NCBI GenBank assembly: GCA_036172245.1
Contig: JAYWIR010000040.1
Coordinates: 1,798,001-1,862,000, forward strand
Direction of reading: 5' to 3'
Length of the DNA stretch: 64,000 bases
Source: Raillietiella orientalis
Lineage: Eukaryota
Shown here: in pieces, positions 12,601-24,388 of the stretch
Position numbering within the stretch: the first letter of the stretch is position 1
Layout of the letters: every line of letters starts with the position of its first letter
The notes under the pieces: model-generated
What the model was told of the DNA's origin: nothing
The model's database searches: none
The model's input: the letters and a program-made list of their open reading frames with translations, nothing else
Position numbers and translations under genes: made by a program

Positions 12601-15600
12601 TTGTTCTGCCGTGCGGTTTCCTTGACCATCTCCTTCGCATGCTGCGCCACGTGCTCCAGGAGGGAGATCTGGCCCGTACCTCTGGAGCCACCGCCACCGC
12701 CCCTGTCGCCGAGATTGCTCGCCTTGGTCAGGATGCTGCCCAGGCTGGCTTTGGAGGAGCTCAGTGCCTGCGGAGAGGGGAGGGAGGGGAGCAATGTGTA
12801 CACGCGCAGGGGCCGCTTGCCCCTTTTTGCCCTGTTCCGACCTTACCCCGGATAGGGAGCCCGTCAGGGAGCCTAGGTTGCTGCTGAAGCTGGGAACCCT
12901 CGCTATCCGCGGGGACGCAGGAGGGTCGGAGGAGGGCGTAGGCGGGGGAGGAGGCGGGTAGCCTTCGCCGTCCGCGGACATCCGCGCTGACGAGGACTGT
13001 GAGCCGACCAGCGTCTTCGTCGTGACGACGGACGTGGAGTCGGACTCGATGGGGCTGCTCGGTGTCTCCGAGCCGGCGCTCGTCTTTGTCTGGAATTTCG
13101 CAATGGTCCTCCCGTGAGCTCCGCTGTGGCGGCAGGAAACGGAAGGGGAAACCGGCAGAAAAAGGAGGAAAATGGGAACGAAGAGGAGGAGGAGGAGAGC
13201 TGAAAAAGATGCACAAGATGGCAAGAGAGAAGGAGGCTTGCCTTGCAGCAGGGCACCCGGTAATCGTCGTTGGCGTCTTCGGCATCCAGGAAGACTTGGT
13301 CCCCTCCTAAGTTCCCTTCCTCCGTCGAGCTGCACTCGCTATGGCTGGACGACGACAGGGACTCCGGCAGACTGAAGGCAGAGTCCGAGGATGCGGGACC
13401 GGGAATCTGTAGGGAGACGGGAGGGTTGTAGACGGACTTTGGATCCAGTCCGCTGGAAGTGGATCTCGGGGTGTGGTCCAGGTTGGCCGCTGGAGGATGG
13501 GCAGGGGGAGACTTCGGAGGTCGTCTCTTGGTTGAGAACCCGATCCTACCGGACGATAAGTCAGAAGAAGCCATTTCGGAAACAAAGTCGCTCAGGGAAG
13601 AGTAGGAGGAGCTCCTGCTGTTTTCCTCTTCCGAGTCGCTTCCGCTTTCATCTGATCGAAAGAGTCATCCCTGGACCTTTCTTTTCCTGCATCCCTCCAT
13701 CCTACCCCCCCTCCCTCCCACCGTCGGTGCCTCCCGGCGGCCTTACCCGTTGGCTGGTTCTCCTTCTTCATCGCGTTCCTCAGGACGTTCCCCAGGTAGC
13801 TGCCTTCTCCCAGGACGCAGAACGGAACCTGCTCCAGGGACCGCGCGTACCACTTGGGTTTGTCCCCGATCTGCACGGGGTCGAAGATCCCCGTGTGGAC
13901 TCGGAGGTACGCCACGTTGCTGGGGGTCAGCGACCACTCCGAAAGGTACTCCACCGCCTGGGAAGGAGAGCAGGAGGCGATACCTCGAGACTGCTGAGCG
14001 CGCGTCCTCCCGGGAAGTGGGAGGGAGGAGGAGTCGCGAGTGCAGACCTGTGTGCGGCAGAACTGGTTCAAAAAGGGAGACACCTTCGAGCGGGACCTCA
14101 GGAAGCTGTTGATCTGGAAGGCGACGACGGGCCTCGGGTACAACCTCAGTGTCCTCGTGTGTTCCATGAAGTTGGCCAGCATGCCCGGGGAGTTGAAGAA
14201 ACGAACCTGAGGGAAGAACATCCCGGATGCGCCCGTCTCATGCGCGCCCTCTCACGGCCAGCGCGCCCGCCCAACCTCGCAATCCCTACCATGGCGATCC
14301 TGGTGGCGATGTCGACGGAATCAACGTCGTGACCGAAGACGAACTTGGTCTCCGAATCCGCTTGCTGCCTGCCAACTGCTGCTCCGGGCACATCGACGCT
14401 TTCCACCTGCTCGCTCGGAATCGACAAACTCTCCAGAACCTGGAACAAAGGAAAATTCGCTGCCACGTCGACTACACCCGATCGCAGCTGCTGAAAAGAA
14501 CCATCCTCGATGGAAGAATTCGCTTCTTTCAGGATCCGCTCGCACGAAGGACCAGTTTTTGAAGCCGGGAGAGGAAGGGAGGGGGGAAGAGACCCTTGTT
14601 TTCAGCGTCGCGTCTTGGAATTAGGACGAAGTCGAAGCCAAGAAGAGGAGCGAAAAGGTTGGAGTCCTTTATCTCCTTCTCGTCCCTCCTGAGACTTCCG
14701 CTGCGACTTCGGTTCCGACTCGAAGAGAACACCACTCCGAGGAACACCCGTCAGGCGCCGGACCTTTGAGCGAAAAAACGAAGGCAACTTCCATGCAGAG
14801 GATGATGGTGCATCACGCATCCGCCTCGACCATTCATCCTCTTCGACTCCTCGGCAGTTCGGTATGACGACTCACTGAACATTGGCCCAGAAAAGGAGGT
14901 TGGACATTTGGAATGAAATCGAGAAATGCCTCGTCTTCAAGCTCGCTGCCAGAGAAAGATGTTCCACGCCTCCGTTTGTCTTCCGCATGCGAGTTTGCGG
15001 GAATTAGGAGGAGACTCAACCTTGAGCCGGAAGTGCCTTTCAGTTCCTGAAGGAGCCAGTGGCCATGGGTTGAGCGCCATCGGTCCAGCGTGGTGTGCTG
15101 CCTATGCCTAGAGCCATATTCCTTCGCGTCCGGACGTGCCCAACTGGATACACACCGTTCTGAGAGACGACAGAGAGCCTCATGCGCCCAGGTTTATCCC
15201 AAAGTGCGAAGGAGCACTCCAGCCTGTCCACAGGACCCTCTGGTGGGAAGGGGATCGGGATGGATGCGTTTTTTGCCCCACTGAGGCGATCGCTGCGTCC
15301 GAGGGCAAACCTGGTCCACAATACGTAGACCACCTCTCGTGACATGCCGAGCACAGGCGCATATCCAACCTGGCTGCGCCTGCAGTCAGGCTGGATGTGC
15401 GTCACCTCCCGTCGCCATTTGACTGGCTAACTGTGCTCTCTTCATCCACCAGAGGACGCTTGCTGGACATGTCCCCCCCGTGGGAAAAGTTGAGCAGTTT
15501 GGCAGGAGCGGTTGAAGAGGTCGTTAACCATCCTTCAGCTCATTTGTGCGCAGAAGCGGTTCACAAACGGGAGTCCTCCTTCGGAATGTACATGGAAACC

Positions 15601-18600
15601 ATCAGAAGACTTGAAGTTGGTCACATGAGGATCATCTTATTCCACTGTGGTCGAATAATCTTTCGATCTTTGCTCGTTCAGGACAAAATGACCTCAGCTG
15701 GAGGAAGGCAGTCTTCCTAGAGAGTTTGACGACCCAGAGTAGGCGCGCTGCCTAATTTTGTCCTTCCGTAACGCATCATTGCGCAAAGAAGCAGCATGCT
15801 GGGAATCCCATCCGCCCCGCTGGCCCCTGGAGGTGCCTCAAAGTCCCTCCCCTTGACGGCAAACGCTGTTGCTCTTCTCCCACTTTTTTTCTGTTCGCCC
15901 GGCTCGAGAGCACACACGTTCGATTCCGAGACAACAGAAACACGCGCGTTCCTACTGATGTGCTCCCGTTCGTCGCCCTTCCTGCTGCCGTCACAGAGTT
16001 GCTCCCGGCCAGAGAGAACGCCACCAAGGTACTGCGGGGGCAACCAATCAACTCGTCTAGCTGATAAGCTGCGCTCCACTGAATCTTCGAACCCTGTCGC
16101 TCTGCGTTCAGATTCCGCAAACTGCCCCCCTGCAAATGCGGCTCGAACCTGGGATGCAGAACTTTGCCTTCTGTAAGCTGCTTTTGCTAATTCCGCCGGC
16201 CTGATTCGAGGTCCGGTTGCTAGAGTACAGTGAGGGAACAACGGCAAGAAGAAACAAATGAGAAAAGCACACGCAAGAGAGGGTCAAAGTGCTTCTGCTG
16301 CCGGGGCGACCGCGCTCGCCACTGTTCGGCAAGCGCCGGACAGGGCCGAAAAGACGTGCGGCGAACTTTTGAGGTGTCCCTCCCTAACAGCCGCATCTTC
16401 GCAGACCAGACGAAACTTTAGGCGCCACCACGCCATCTGCAGAGTGCTCGTCCCCCGTTCGTCGTTATCGTTGAGCGCCGGCGTGCGAACCGCATTACCA
16501 GCTCCCCACCCGAACCAAAGAAGAAACCGTCACCTGCTTGAGGTGTCCTTTCAGGATAGAGGCCTCCGGTTCCGGAAAGGAATATACGTTCTCGTGGCGG
16601 ATGGGAGGAACGATGCGGGTAGAATCTAGGTCCACCATCCAGATGTCCTCAGGAAGCCTTCAGCATCAAACAAAACAGGTTCAGTTTTCAGTAGGAATTC
16701 GCGCTCAGGAGGCAGAAAGCCAGCCGCTCTTTTGTTATTCGGGACTTCGGGATACCCGCCGAACGCAAGAGGTGGTTGCTAATGATCAACCAACACTCAC
16801 CTGAAGTTTTTTTTGTAGAGCAGGAAACTTGCAGGGATGCCGATGATGAAAGGAGTCGGTGCAAGAAGCAGCTGGAATAAGAATCAGGGTTACAGAGTTC
16901 CCGTTGCAAAGGCCTGTGCTCACTTGTTCCGCGCTATTTAAGCAGGTGGGCAGCAGAGGGATCACCGGAAACATGTACTCCAAAGGGTACAAGAGGGTCA
17001 CAAAGGCCATCACGCACAAAGAGAGGGCGTTGTAATCTCTGGACTGCAAGACGACCTGTGAATGTGGTTGAGCCCACCATGATGAAAGAGACGTTTCAGG
17101 AAAGCGTCTCTCTCACCTTGCATTCCAGGAGGATCAACGAAAGAACTTTTAGGCACACGTTCACTCCGAGAAGCTCCAAAGGCAGGTGGAGCGGAAAGTC
17201 CACCAAGCTAAAGCGAGTGTGGTCAGGGAGCGTGAACACTAGAGGATCTTTCATTTCCATAGGAAGCAGCTGGATCTAAATCCACAGAGTACCTTATTAG
17301 CCGGGGATCACGAATTCCAACAGAACAGAAGGACTATCCTGCGCCCCCAGCACCCGCAGCGGCAGGGCAAGAAATGCAAATGTGCCTCCAGGACTACGCT
17401 TACAAGTTCAGCGGAAACGATTACTGCACTGTCCTTCCGAAAGGAAACTTAAAGACCTCTGATGCGGAAGTGCTGCCTGTTCCACGATGTGGAGGATTTC
17501 GAAGAAGATGAGCGTGGCATCATTCAATTCCACTGACACTTTGTCTGCTAAACGTGGCTCATACCATTTTTTACAATGGCACAAAGCGCAACGACAACAA
17601 GCATAAGTATCTTGAAACATAAGGGTCACGACGTACAGTGCCCTTGAAAGCCAACAAGAACCTCTAATTTGAAGGCTTTTCTGCTTCAGGATGCAACGAG
17701 AGGAAAAAAAAAAAAAACTAACGATCCACCCTTCACTTGCTCTCAAGACAATCAATCGCCCGCAACCATCACATACTAAAAACGCAGTTGGAAGCTTTGA
17801 GGCACTCATTGCGAATGAGCACGCGAATGGGAAACAGCCCAATCACGCTGCATGCGAACAAACCACTCCAAGTCTTTTAGAAGCACTCTTCTCGTAATCC
17901 GAAAAGACACCATTTTCGCTATGCCGACCGCCATTCCATTTTCAATCGAAATCACCCGCTACCAGCTGGTGACCACTCTACGGCATAATTGGTACACTGT
18001 GGGAACAGTCCTTTCAATGGTGCACTTGCACGACTTCTACCAACATCAAAAGCCCGCACGCAAGCACGAAGTACTTATCGTGTTGCTGCTGGGATGTGCA
18101 TGCAACAGATAGCACATTTTAATACCGTACGCGTACGCATGTTTATCGGTAGTACGATAAATACGATGGCTCGTAAGTGGACGCATTCATTCCTCATCTC
18201 AGCTCACTGGAAGCTTAGGAGGGCATGCCCCTACTTCTAGTAAAATTCAATGGGCATCATCAGCCTGGTTCGAACGTCGAGGCATCCTTTGATTTACAGC
18301 CCAATTTCACTATCATGGCCTGAAACCCACGCCAGAATTATGGCTTCCGCCTCGCGATCAAATCTCATCTTGAATGGGTGCTTTGCTCTGTTCGCACATA
18401 TGGGAAAGGAAATGGAATCTTGAATCCTTTTACCTTCAGACCTCGATCAGACAAACATACAAACTGATATTCTCACGTACACGTTTTACTACTTCCGGAT
18501 TAAATGATTGTCACGTTTGCATACGCACGTGCTTAGCTGTTTTTTTTTTTTTTTTTTTTCCCCTAAGCTTGGGGGCTTCACAACACACCTGGGTGGAGAT

Positions 18601-21600
18601 AATGATCTGTACCGCAAAGATATAGATTGCCCACGAAAATTAAGCTTTTTCGTACTTCCCGGCGTATCTTCGTGGCTCCAGATTGCAAAGCACTCCTTAC
18701 CGAATTATCTCCGCGCAGCATTCTCTTATCCTTATTTCGAAAACTAATGGCCTACAGTCCCAGGAAACACATGGAAGCACGTGCTCGCTATGGTCGTTTC
18801 CTACTCAGATGTTGGTTCAAAGGAAGGGACTGAAAGGATGCTACTCTTCAGCCGATCGTTCTCGGTCCCAAATGATCAGCTGAGCAGTACGTTCCTCCCG
18901 CACAGAGCGTTGCTGAGAGATCCTAGCGGTGTTGCAATTGGAAGAAAATACTTCGTGACCTTGGTGGTCGGTTGTGGCCTTTCACCCAGATGAAAAATTG
19001 AAACCGCAGGTCAGATTTGAGAATGCAAGTTCATGCAGACTGCTTTCCTCCTGACCTCGAGCTCCGCCGACCGCTCCCATTTCCGAGAGAAAAATCTTCC
19101 CCATGAGATTAAGATTCCGCCCTTCCGTTTCGTTGAATCACTTTGCTCACACTATCACATCCCACATTCTGCTCTTACCGATCTTTAAGTGTTTCAAATA
19201 CGCTCATCCAGTAGCGTACAAGTAATCATGTTTTTAAAAAATAACATATTTGAGACTGCTGTGCTGATCCCCCCCCCCCCCCCCCCCAAAAAAAAAAGAA
19301 AAAAAAAATTACCTATTAATGCTCTGTGTGTTTTGTTGTTCCTTAGTTTCTTATCGATTTGTAGGGATTTTTTTTCTTTTTTTTTTTTTTTGAGTGTGTG
19401 CACAGAATACTTTATCCTGATATGATTTTTATGAACCTTAAGCGAGGAGAGAACATGTCATAGCGGCAACTGAATTTTATGAACCTTCCGGACCCCGAGA
19501 TGACCTGATTTATTACTGAGGATGTCATCAACTTCCACATATATAACGGTAAACCTGTCTCTGTGAAGGGGAGAGACACTTATGAAGTTTTACTGTGATT
19601 CCACGAGAAAGCGTGGTTTGAGACGTGCATCCCATACATGCAGAAGCACATACACCATTACCTCCACTCGAGTTTTCCCGGGTACAGGAACGGGTGCACT
19701 TAACAAGCGAAGAATCCATGTTTCTATTTCCCGGATATCGTGCATGATAAAAGATGACGGGTTATCAGTTGCCCCGTTAACAAGGATACTCCATATGGTG
19801 TTTCTACGATAATGAGTTTCTTCAAATATGAACCACCAGCATTGATATAGTGGATAATTGAAACAGGGTTTTTTTTTCTTTTTTTTTTATAGAAAAAAAA
19901 AGGCTACCATTTAGGGGGTGATAACATTCGTAACATACAATCACCTAATTTTTAAAACACGTTAATTTTAAAACACATTAATGATGCGAGAAGTCAATAA
20001 TTTTTGATAGAAAACGAATACGCTCAAGGACAACTTGATAATTGAGACCCTCAATTAGAACTGTGCTGAAAAATCTATGAAGCAAACATTCAATAAAGAC
20101 AACTGTGCTAGTTTATGCATTTTAGTTTATAACAATGGCTGCTATTTATTTTCATTTATTTTTTATCTCATAAATTATACATTCTGCACAGCCATATTTC
20201 AAGTGTGCAAAAATGAAAAAGAGAACTTCACATAAAATATCCGTCATTAAGGAGTAGTTTGATGGAAATTCTACTTAATATTCTTCATGTGCACGCAGAG
20301 AAAATTCCGTGTTTCGGTACAGTTGCAGACAAGCATTCTATTATACATTTCGAGAGAAAAGGCAATCGAATCCTTGATGGCTGAAAGCACTTTGCATTTG
20401 GATTAAATTACGAAATACAACGAAGCATTCGGAAGTAAAGACTTCAAAACAGGTTTTTTTTATTATGTATCTAAACAGAATTATGTATCTAAACCCTAAA
20501 CGAAAACATTGGTGTACCTCCAAGTGACCATAGCAATGACAACGCTCGTTGCATGACCGTATTTTTGAATGTAAACCTAAGAAAAACACATTTGCATGCA
20601 ATGGACTGCACAATCCTAAGGTTGACAGTGAGTTAAACTACTTGGAAAAACTACGATATTTGCAGTATTTGTTAAGCACATGAACTACGAATTGAATTTT
20701 CTTGCATTTCTTTTTCTTCTGTTAATAATAAAGATGCAGTATACGTGAAACAAGAACCTAGTCACTCGTTTGTATCGTTTAGAGTAACATTTTACAACAT
20801 GCCTTTCCAGCTCCCGTTTAGAATTTCGACGCTTCAACACCAGGGACTACCACCACTTTTTCAGGCTATGTACAGAAGCAAAGATTCTAAGCTTTACAAC
20901 AGGATGCGGAATTCCTCGTTCCTCTCGAAAAAAAAAATTCGCGTTGCCACCAAACAAAAGCAACCCTCAAGAGACCCTAAACAAAATTTTTTTTCGTACA
21001 CAAATTCAATATTTTAAGTTTTCGATATTAGTACTTATGTTAATTTGTGTTCAGACTAGGGAAGGTTGTAGAGGCAAGGCCAAGCGCTAGAGCAGAATAC
21101 ATAGCACTCATCCAAACATATGGTTTGAAAAAATAAGTCAACTACAAGACTGACTGCAGACATGAATATTCTCCAAAAAGACCAAAAGAACTACACGAAA
21201 AAGTATCCAAAAAGAGCAAAGAAACGTGGCAAGGAATGGTCTCGTGCTTCAAACAAGATGATACACAATGGCTAAGCAAATTCGAAAACCAAATGTTTCA
21301 CATTTTTCTTTGTTACAATGCAATACTTCCTTTCTTCCCTGTTTTTTCAGCACTCTTTCGCGAATAGTTGGAAAACCTTTACTGTATAAGAGCAATCCAG
21401 AGATGTGTCCCTGCGTTCCACAATACCACCAAAGGAAAACAAGAAGCATCCGACTGGCGCACTGACGACCTGAACAATTCTACTGTGAGATCACAACTGG
21501 TTCTTGTGAAGGAGTTGCCGTACCAAAAGTTATACACCTGCTGCTGATTGTGCCTGAGAACCCTGCTCGTTACCGCAAGTGAGAGCTCCTCTGACAACTG

Positions 21601-23647
21601 TCGCTAGAAAAACGGGCTCTGATGAAACCTGAACACCCGTGATGGCAATTTTTTTCTATTCACATACAAACAATTGGCCTAAAGTAAAAAAAAAAAAAAA
21701 AGTGATGTGAATCTCAATGATAAACTGCTACACTTATTGTACGGGTTGTACAAATGTTCCACGAAAATAATTTGAAATGAAGCTGATGGTATATAGTTTA
21801 CTTCTTTTCCTGTACTCAGTTTTAGAATGTCCAGCACATACGAATTTAAAATGTAACCACCACCGGTTGAAACTATGACCATGTCTCAACCAAGCACGAT
21901 GTCAACGAATATCCCAAGGTTTGATTCAATTAGCTTTCAGGACGAACAAAATATTCCTGGTCCTCAGATATGTACTTGTGGTAAATTCTTGATAACTAAT
22001 TGGTCATAAGAGCACCAAGTTCATTAAGGAAATTTTGAAATGACATGAAGGAATTTTTAAAGTACTTTACGAGAACCTCTACAAGACTATCCAACTATTA
22101 TTAGCATGAGTATTTCGCATGTATCCTAATAAGAAAGGACAATACTTTTGCTTGTACAGAGTATCCAAAAGGTGCATGCTTTATGCTTAAAACCTTGCAG
22201 TTTCTGCAAAATGGTAAGAACAATCATTTAGAAAACATATATATGTTAAATGCTTTATAATATATATTCAAAATTAAATATTACTTTAATGTATCTAATC
22301 ATTCAGCACTTTGATTAGTTGGGATTTTCCTTTACCTGAGTGAATGAATGATTGGAAGCCAATTAATTTTTGCTGTCCATTTACAAATAAAACCAGATCT
22401 TTTAATTAATAATAAAGAATAATAAGACTGTATATAATAAATAAGGCTAAAATGAATCCATAAAATGAAAAATTGTGAAAGAGAATAACATTATTGTCCA
22501 AAGTATTTTAATTTTCAAAAATAAGGCAAACATGTACAAATTTTGAGTGAATAAAGCATATCGTTTTGCAGAAACCCGTATATTTTATTTAACTCCAAGA
22601 GGTATTGAGGTAGCTTACCTCCCAGACAGGCGTGATGACATTGTGCACTTAGGCATGACAGAATCATTGCAGGCATCAATCAATCTTTTTAAAGTGATCA
22701 AGCAATCCCGGAATAAAGAGAAGAATGGATGATGCGATATGAAGCATAAAGAAGTCAGAGAATGATTTTGGATTCTCTACAAAGCAGGGAAATGTTAGTT
22801 ATGAAAACAGTTAGCACACATTCATACAAAAGGAAACTAAGAGTAATGACACATTTGGAAAAAATAACACTCAGGACAGAAAACTGAAAACATCCATCAG
22901 TTTATCCTGAAAATTGACATAAAGAACCTGATTCCGTTTGCTGCTCCTAGGGGACATGGGTGGAATAGTAGGCTGATGAGCATCATCAGATAAAATTGGA
23001 TATGAAGGCATGCTAACTGGATTTGGAACATTTCTAATGCAGGAGAAATTCATAACTGACTGATCTGGTTCAGAACCACTGTAGTTTAAGTTCGATTTTT
23101 GATCACTGCAATAAATAAAATTCATTCAGATGTTGATACCTGAGAACATGTACCTGGAAATGGCAGAATCACTGCTTTTATTAAGGGTTAGTTGCCAGCT
23201 TTCCCGACGAAAACTTTTCCCTCTTTCACGTTTAGCTAAAGAAGAGCTGAGAAACTTTTGGACAGGACGATAAAAGTTGACACATATTCCATAACGAGTC
23301 TTTCCTATTCAATAGATAGATAAATTTTTCATACAATTGATAGATCGTTGATATTAATTTTTCATATCAACTTGTAAATTACCTGAATCTTTGTCAGTTA
23401 AAGTGAATACAAAAGACTGGATCTCTCTAGCTGCACTCTTTCTAGGGCCAATGGAGATGCATCCCTCTGGCTGGCAGAAGTAAACCATATCCAAGGGAAA
23501 TGGAAAATCTTTATGGTCATCTAGAGGATATCTTTGCAGAAGCTCCGGAGCATGCACAGGATAGGTTTTAGACGGACTTTTAACACCAACAATTGCTAAA
23601 TAATCTATTAATCGTGGACATAATTTTTTGGTATGTATTTCATCCAT
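5398..23647 (-). CDS. MADD: MAP kinase-activating death domain protein / Rab3 GDP-GTP exchange factor (DENN domain; AEX-3 homolog), more than 30 exons
   Basis: Manually spliced GT-AG exons, e.g. 23647-23383 ([12 protein letters not shown]...[24 protein letters not shown]), 19803-19662 ([23 protein letters not shown]), 17275-17117 ([22 protein letters not shown]), 17055-16924 ([10 protein letters not shown]...[16 protein letters not shown]), 14439-14290 ([13 protein letters not shown]), 14206-14048 ([17 protein letters not shown]), ~9000-8165 (EHDEDRLLS...[15 protein letters not shown]...[13 protein letters not shown]...GGEFPVQD), 6380-6308, 6109-6063, 5481-5398 ([18 protein letters not shown]..stop). 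Some internal low-complexity exon boundaries (10000-10900, 13100-13250) are uncertain. Confidence 0.97.
5762..5824 (-). CDS. MADD: candidate alternative terminal exon of MADD ([20 protein letters not shown])
   Basis: Acceptor tgcatgtctgtctag| at 5825 is phase 0 and compatible with the upstream ...YKSSM exon. It is followed by 20 codons and TGA, and lies upstream of the canonical ADQICY exon. Confidence 0.5.
   Translation of the reverse strand, partial: EHAILLTLHRVISVQHARRM
6467..7370. repeat. dense cluster of microsatellites and homopolymers: (GA)n, poly-T, (TAC)n, (TA)n, (GACA)n, (GCA)n, poly-A
   Basis: Directly visible at 6467-6488, 6581-6614, 6805-6827, 6903-6956, 6998-7034, 7067-7083, 7197-7266 and 7329-7366; all intronic in MADD. 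Confidence 0.9.
7128..7136 (-). CDS. MADD: candidate 9-nt alternative microexon of MADD (Asp-Phe-Glu)
   Basis: Minus strand reads ...tgtctctgtcctccatgccttctgaag|GATTTCGAG|gtagag. It is phase 0/0 and lies between the ...FANSK exon (donor at 8164) and the FFIRLE exon (starts 6380). Confidence 0.65.
9605..9621. repeat. (CG)n alternating tract near a MADD donor site
   Basis: cgcgcgcgcgcgcgcgc immediately inside the intron after the NQA|gtgag donor. Confidence 0.85.
10193..10252. repeat. 60-bp near-perfect spacerless palindrome in a MADD intron
   Basis: gtgcttcgtgctcgccgggaggcagaggcc|ggcctgtgcctcccggcgagcacgaagcac: 30-bp arms with a single mismatched pair. Confidence 0.95.
14800..16300 (-). mobile_element. 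possible 5' (zinc-finger region) remnant of a non-LTR element inside a MADD intron
   Basis: Fills a 2.1-kb intron (16533-14440). [14 protein letters not shown] resembles the N-terminal finger regions of the other copies; no RT motif was recognised. Confidence 0.3.
17400..19150 (-). mobile_element. decayed reverse transcriptase remnant inside a MADD intron
   Basis: Frameshifted DTPG (APGPDG-like, ~18660), KGF (~18425) and [10 protein letters not shown] (AWLD..AFDS-like, ~18330) occur in RT order. Confidence 0.4.
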
Positions 23648-23949
23648 TGACTGCAGATTTTATAAAATGTGAATGTTCATTAAAAAAGGAACATTCATCC
23701 ATTTCTTGATGCGTAAATCCTATATGTGTTTTGATAGCTTTCATAAACAGCATATCTTCATTGCCCTTATATATGATACATGAAACACTGGTGTACCAAC
23801 ACAGTTTAATTATGAACCCATTCTGAAAAAAATTAGAGTAATTAGAGGCAAGTGAAGTGAGCTTCCCTACTGACTATAAGTTGCAAATACACACGAATTT
23901 TTTAAAATTAGGTAATTAATCAACATTCAACCGTTGTACACTAGCTTGG

Positions 23950-24339
23950 CATTATTTGCATTCTCGAAACCAAAGACTTCCGAAAACAAGGTATCAGTCT
24001 GCCAGCGAAAAAATCCTTCCTTATCTACAGCAAATGAAACCCGACGGAGGGGAGGGGGGGAGAGGGGGGAAACGCGTTCAATCCAAGTTATTGATTGCAA
24101 AGCAGCTACACTTTCCTCTTCAGTAAACACTGCATCTTGGAGCAGCCGCCGTCGCTTTTTCATCCCAAACGGGGGGGGGAGGGGTTGAAACGACGAAATT
24201 TGCATCATTTTGCTTTCCGTATCGTGGTTTGCATTTGCTTCAACTTCTCTGGCAGTTTCGATTCGCGAAATACTTCACGATATATTTGCAAGAGAGAACT
24301 TTTTTTTTTTTTTTTTTTCAAACACGAAACAATGACTCC

Positions 24340-24388
<49 letters not shown>

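Noticed and set aside
8285..14332. Long plus-strand ORFs (354, 360, 340 and 313 aa)
   Set aside because: Antisense shadows of GC3-rich MADD exons; no recognisable protein family.
19420..19535. TGATGA box plus a 13-bp direct repeat (ttttatgaacctt) in a MADD intron, possible C/D snoRNA
   Set aside because: No properly placed CTGA D box or terminal stem was found.
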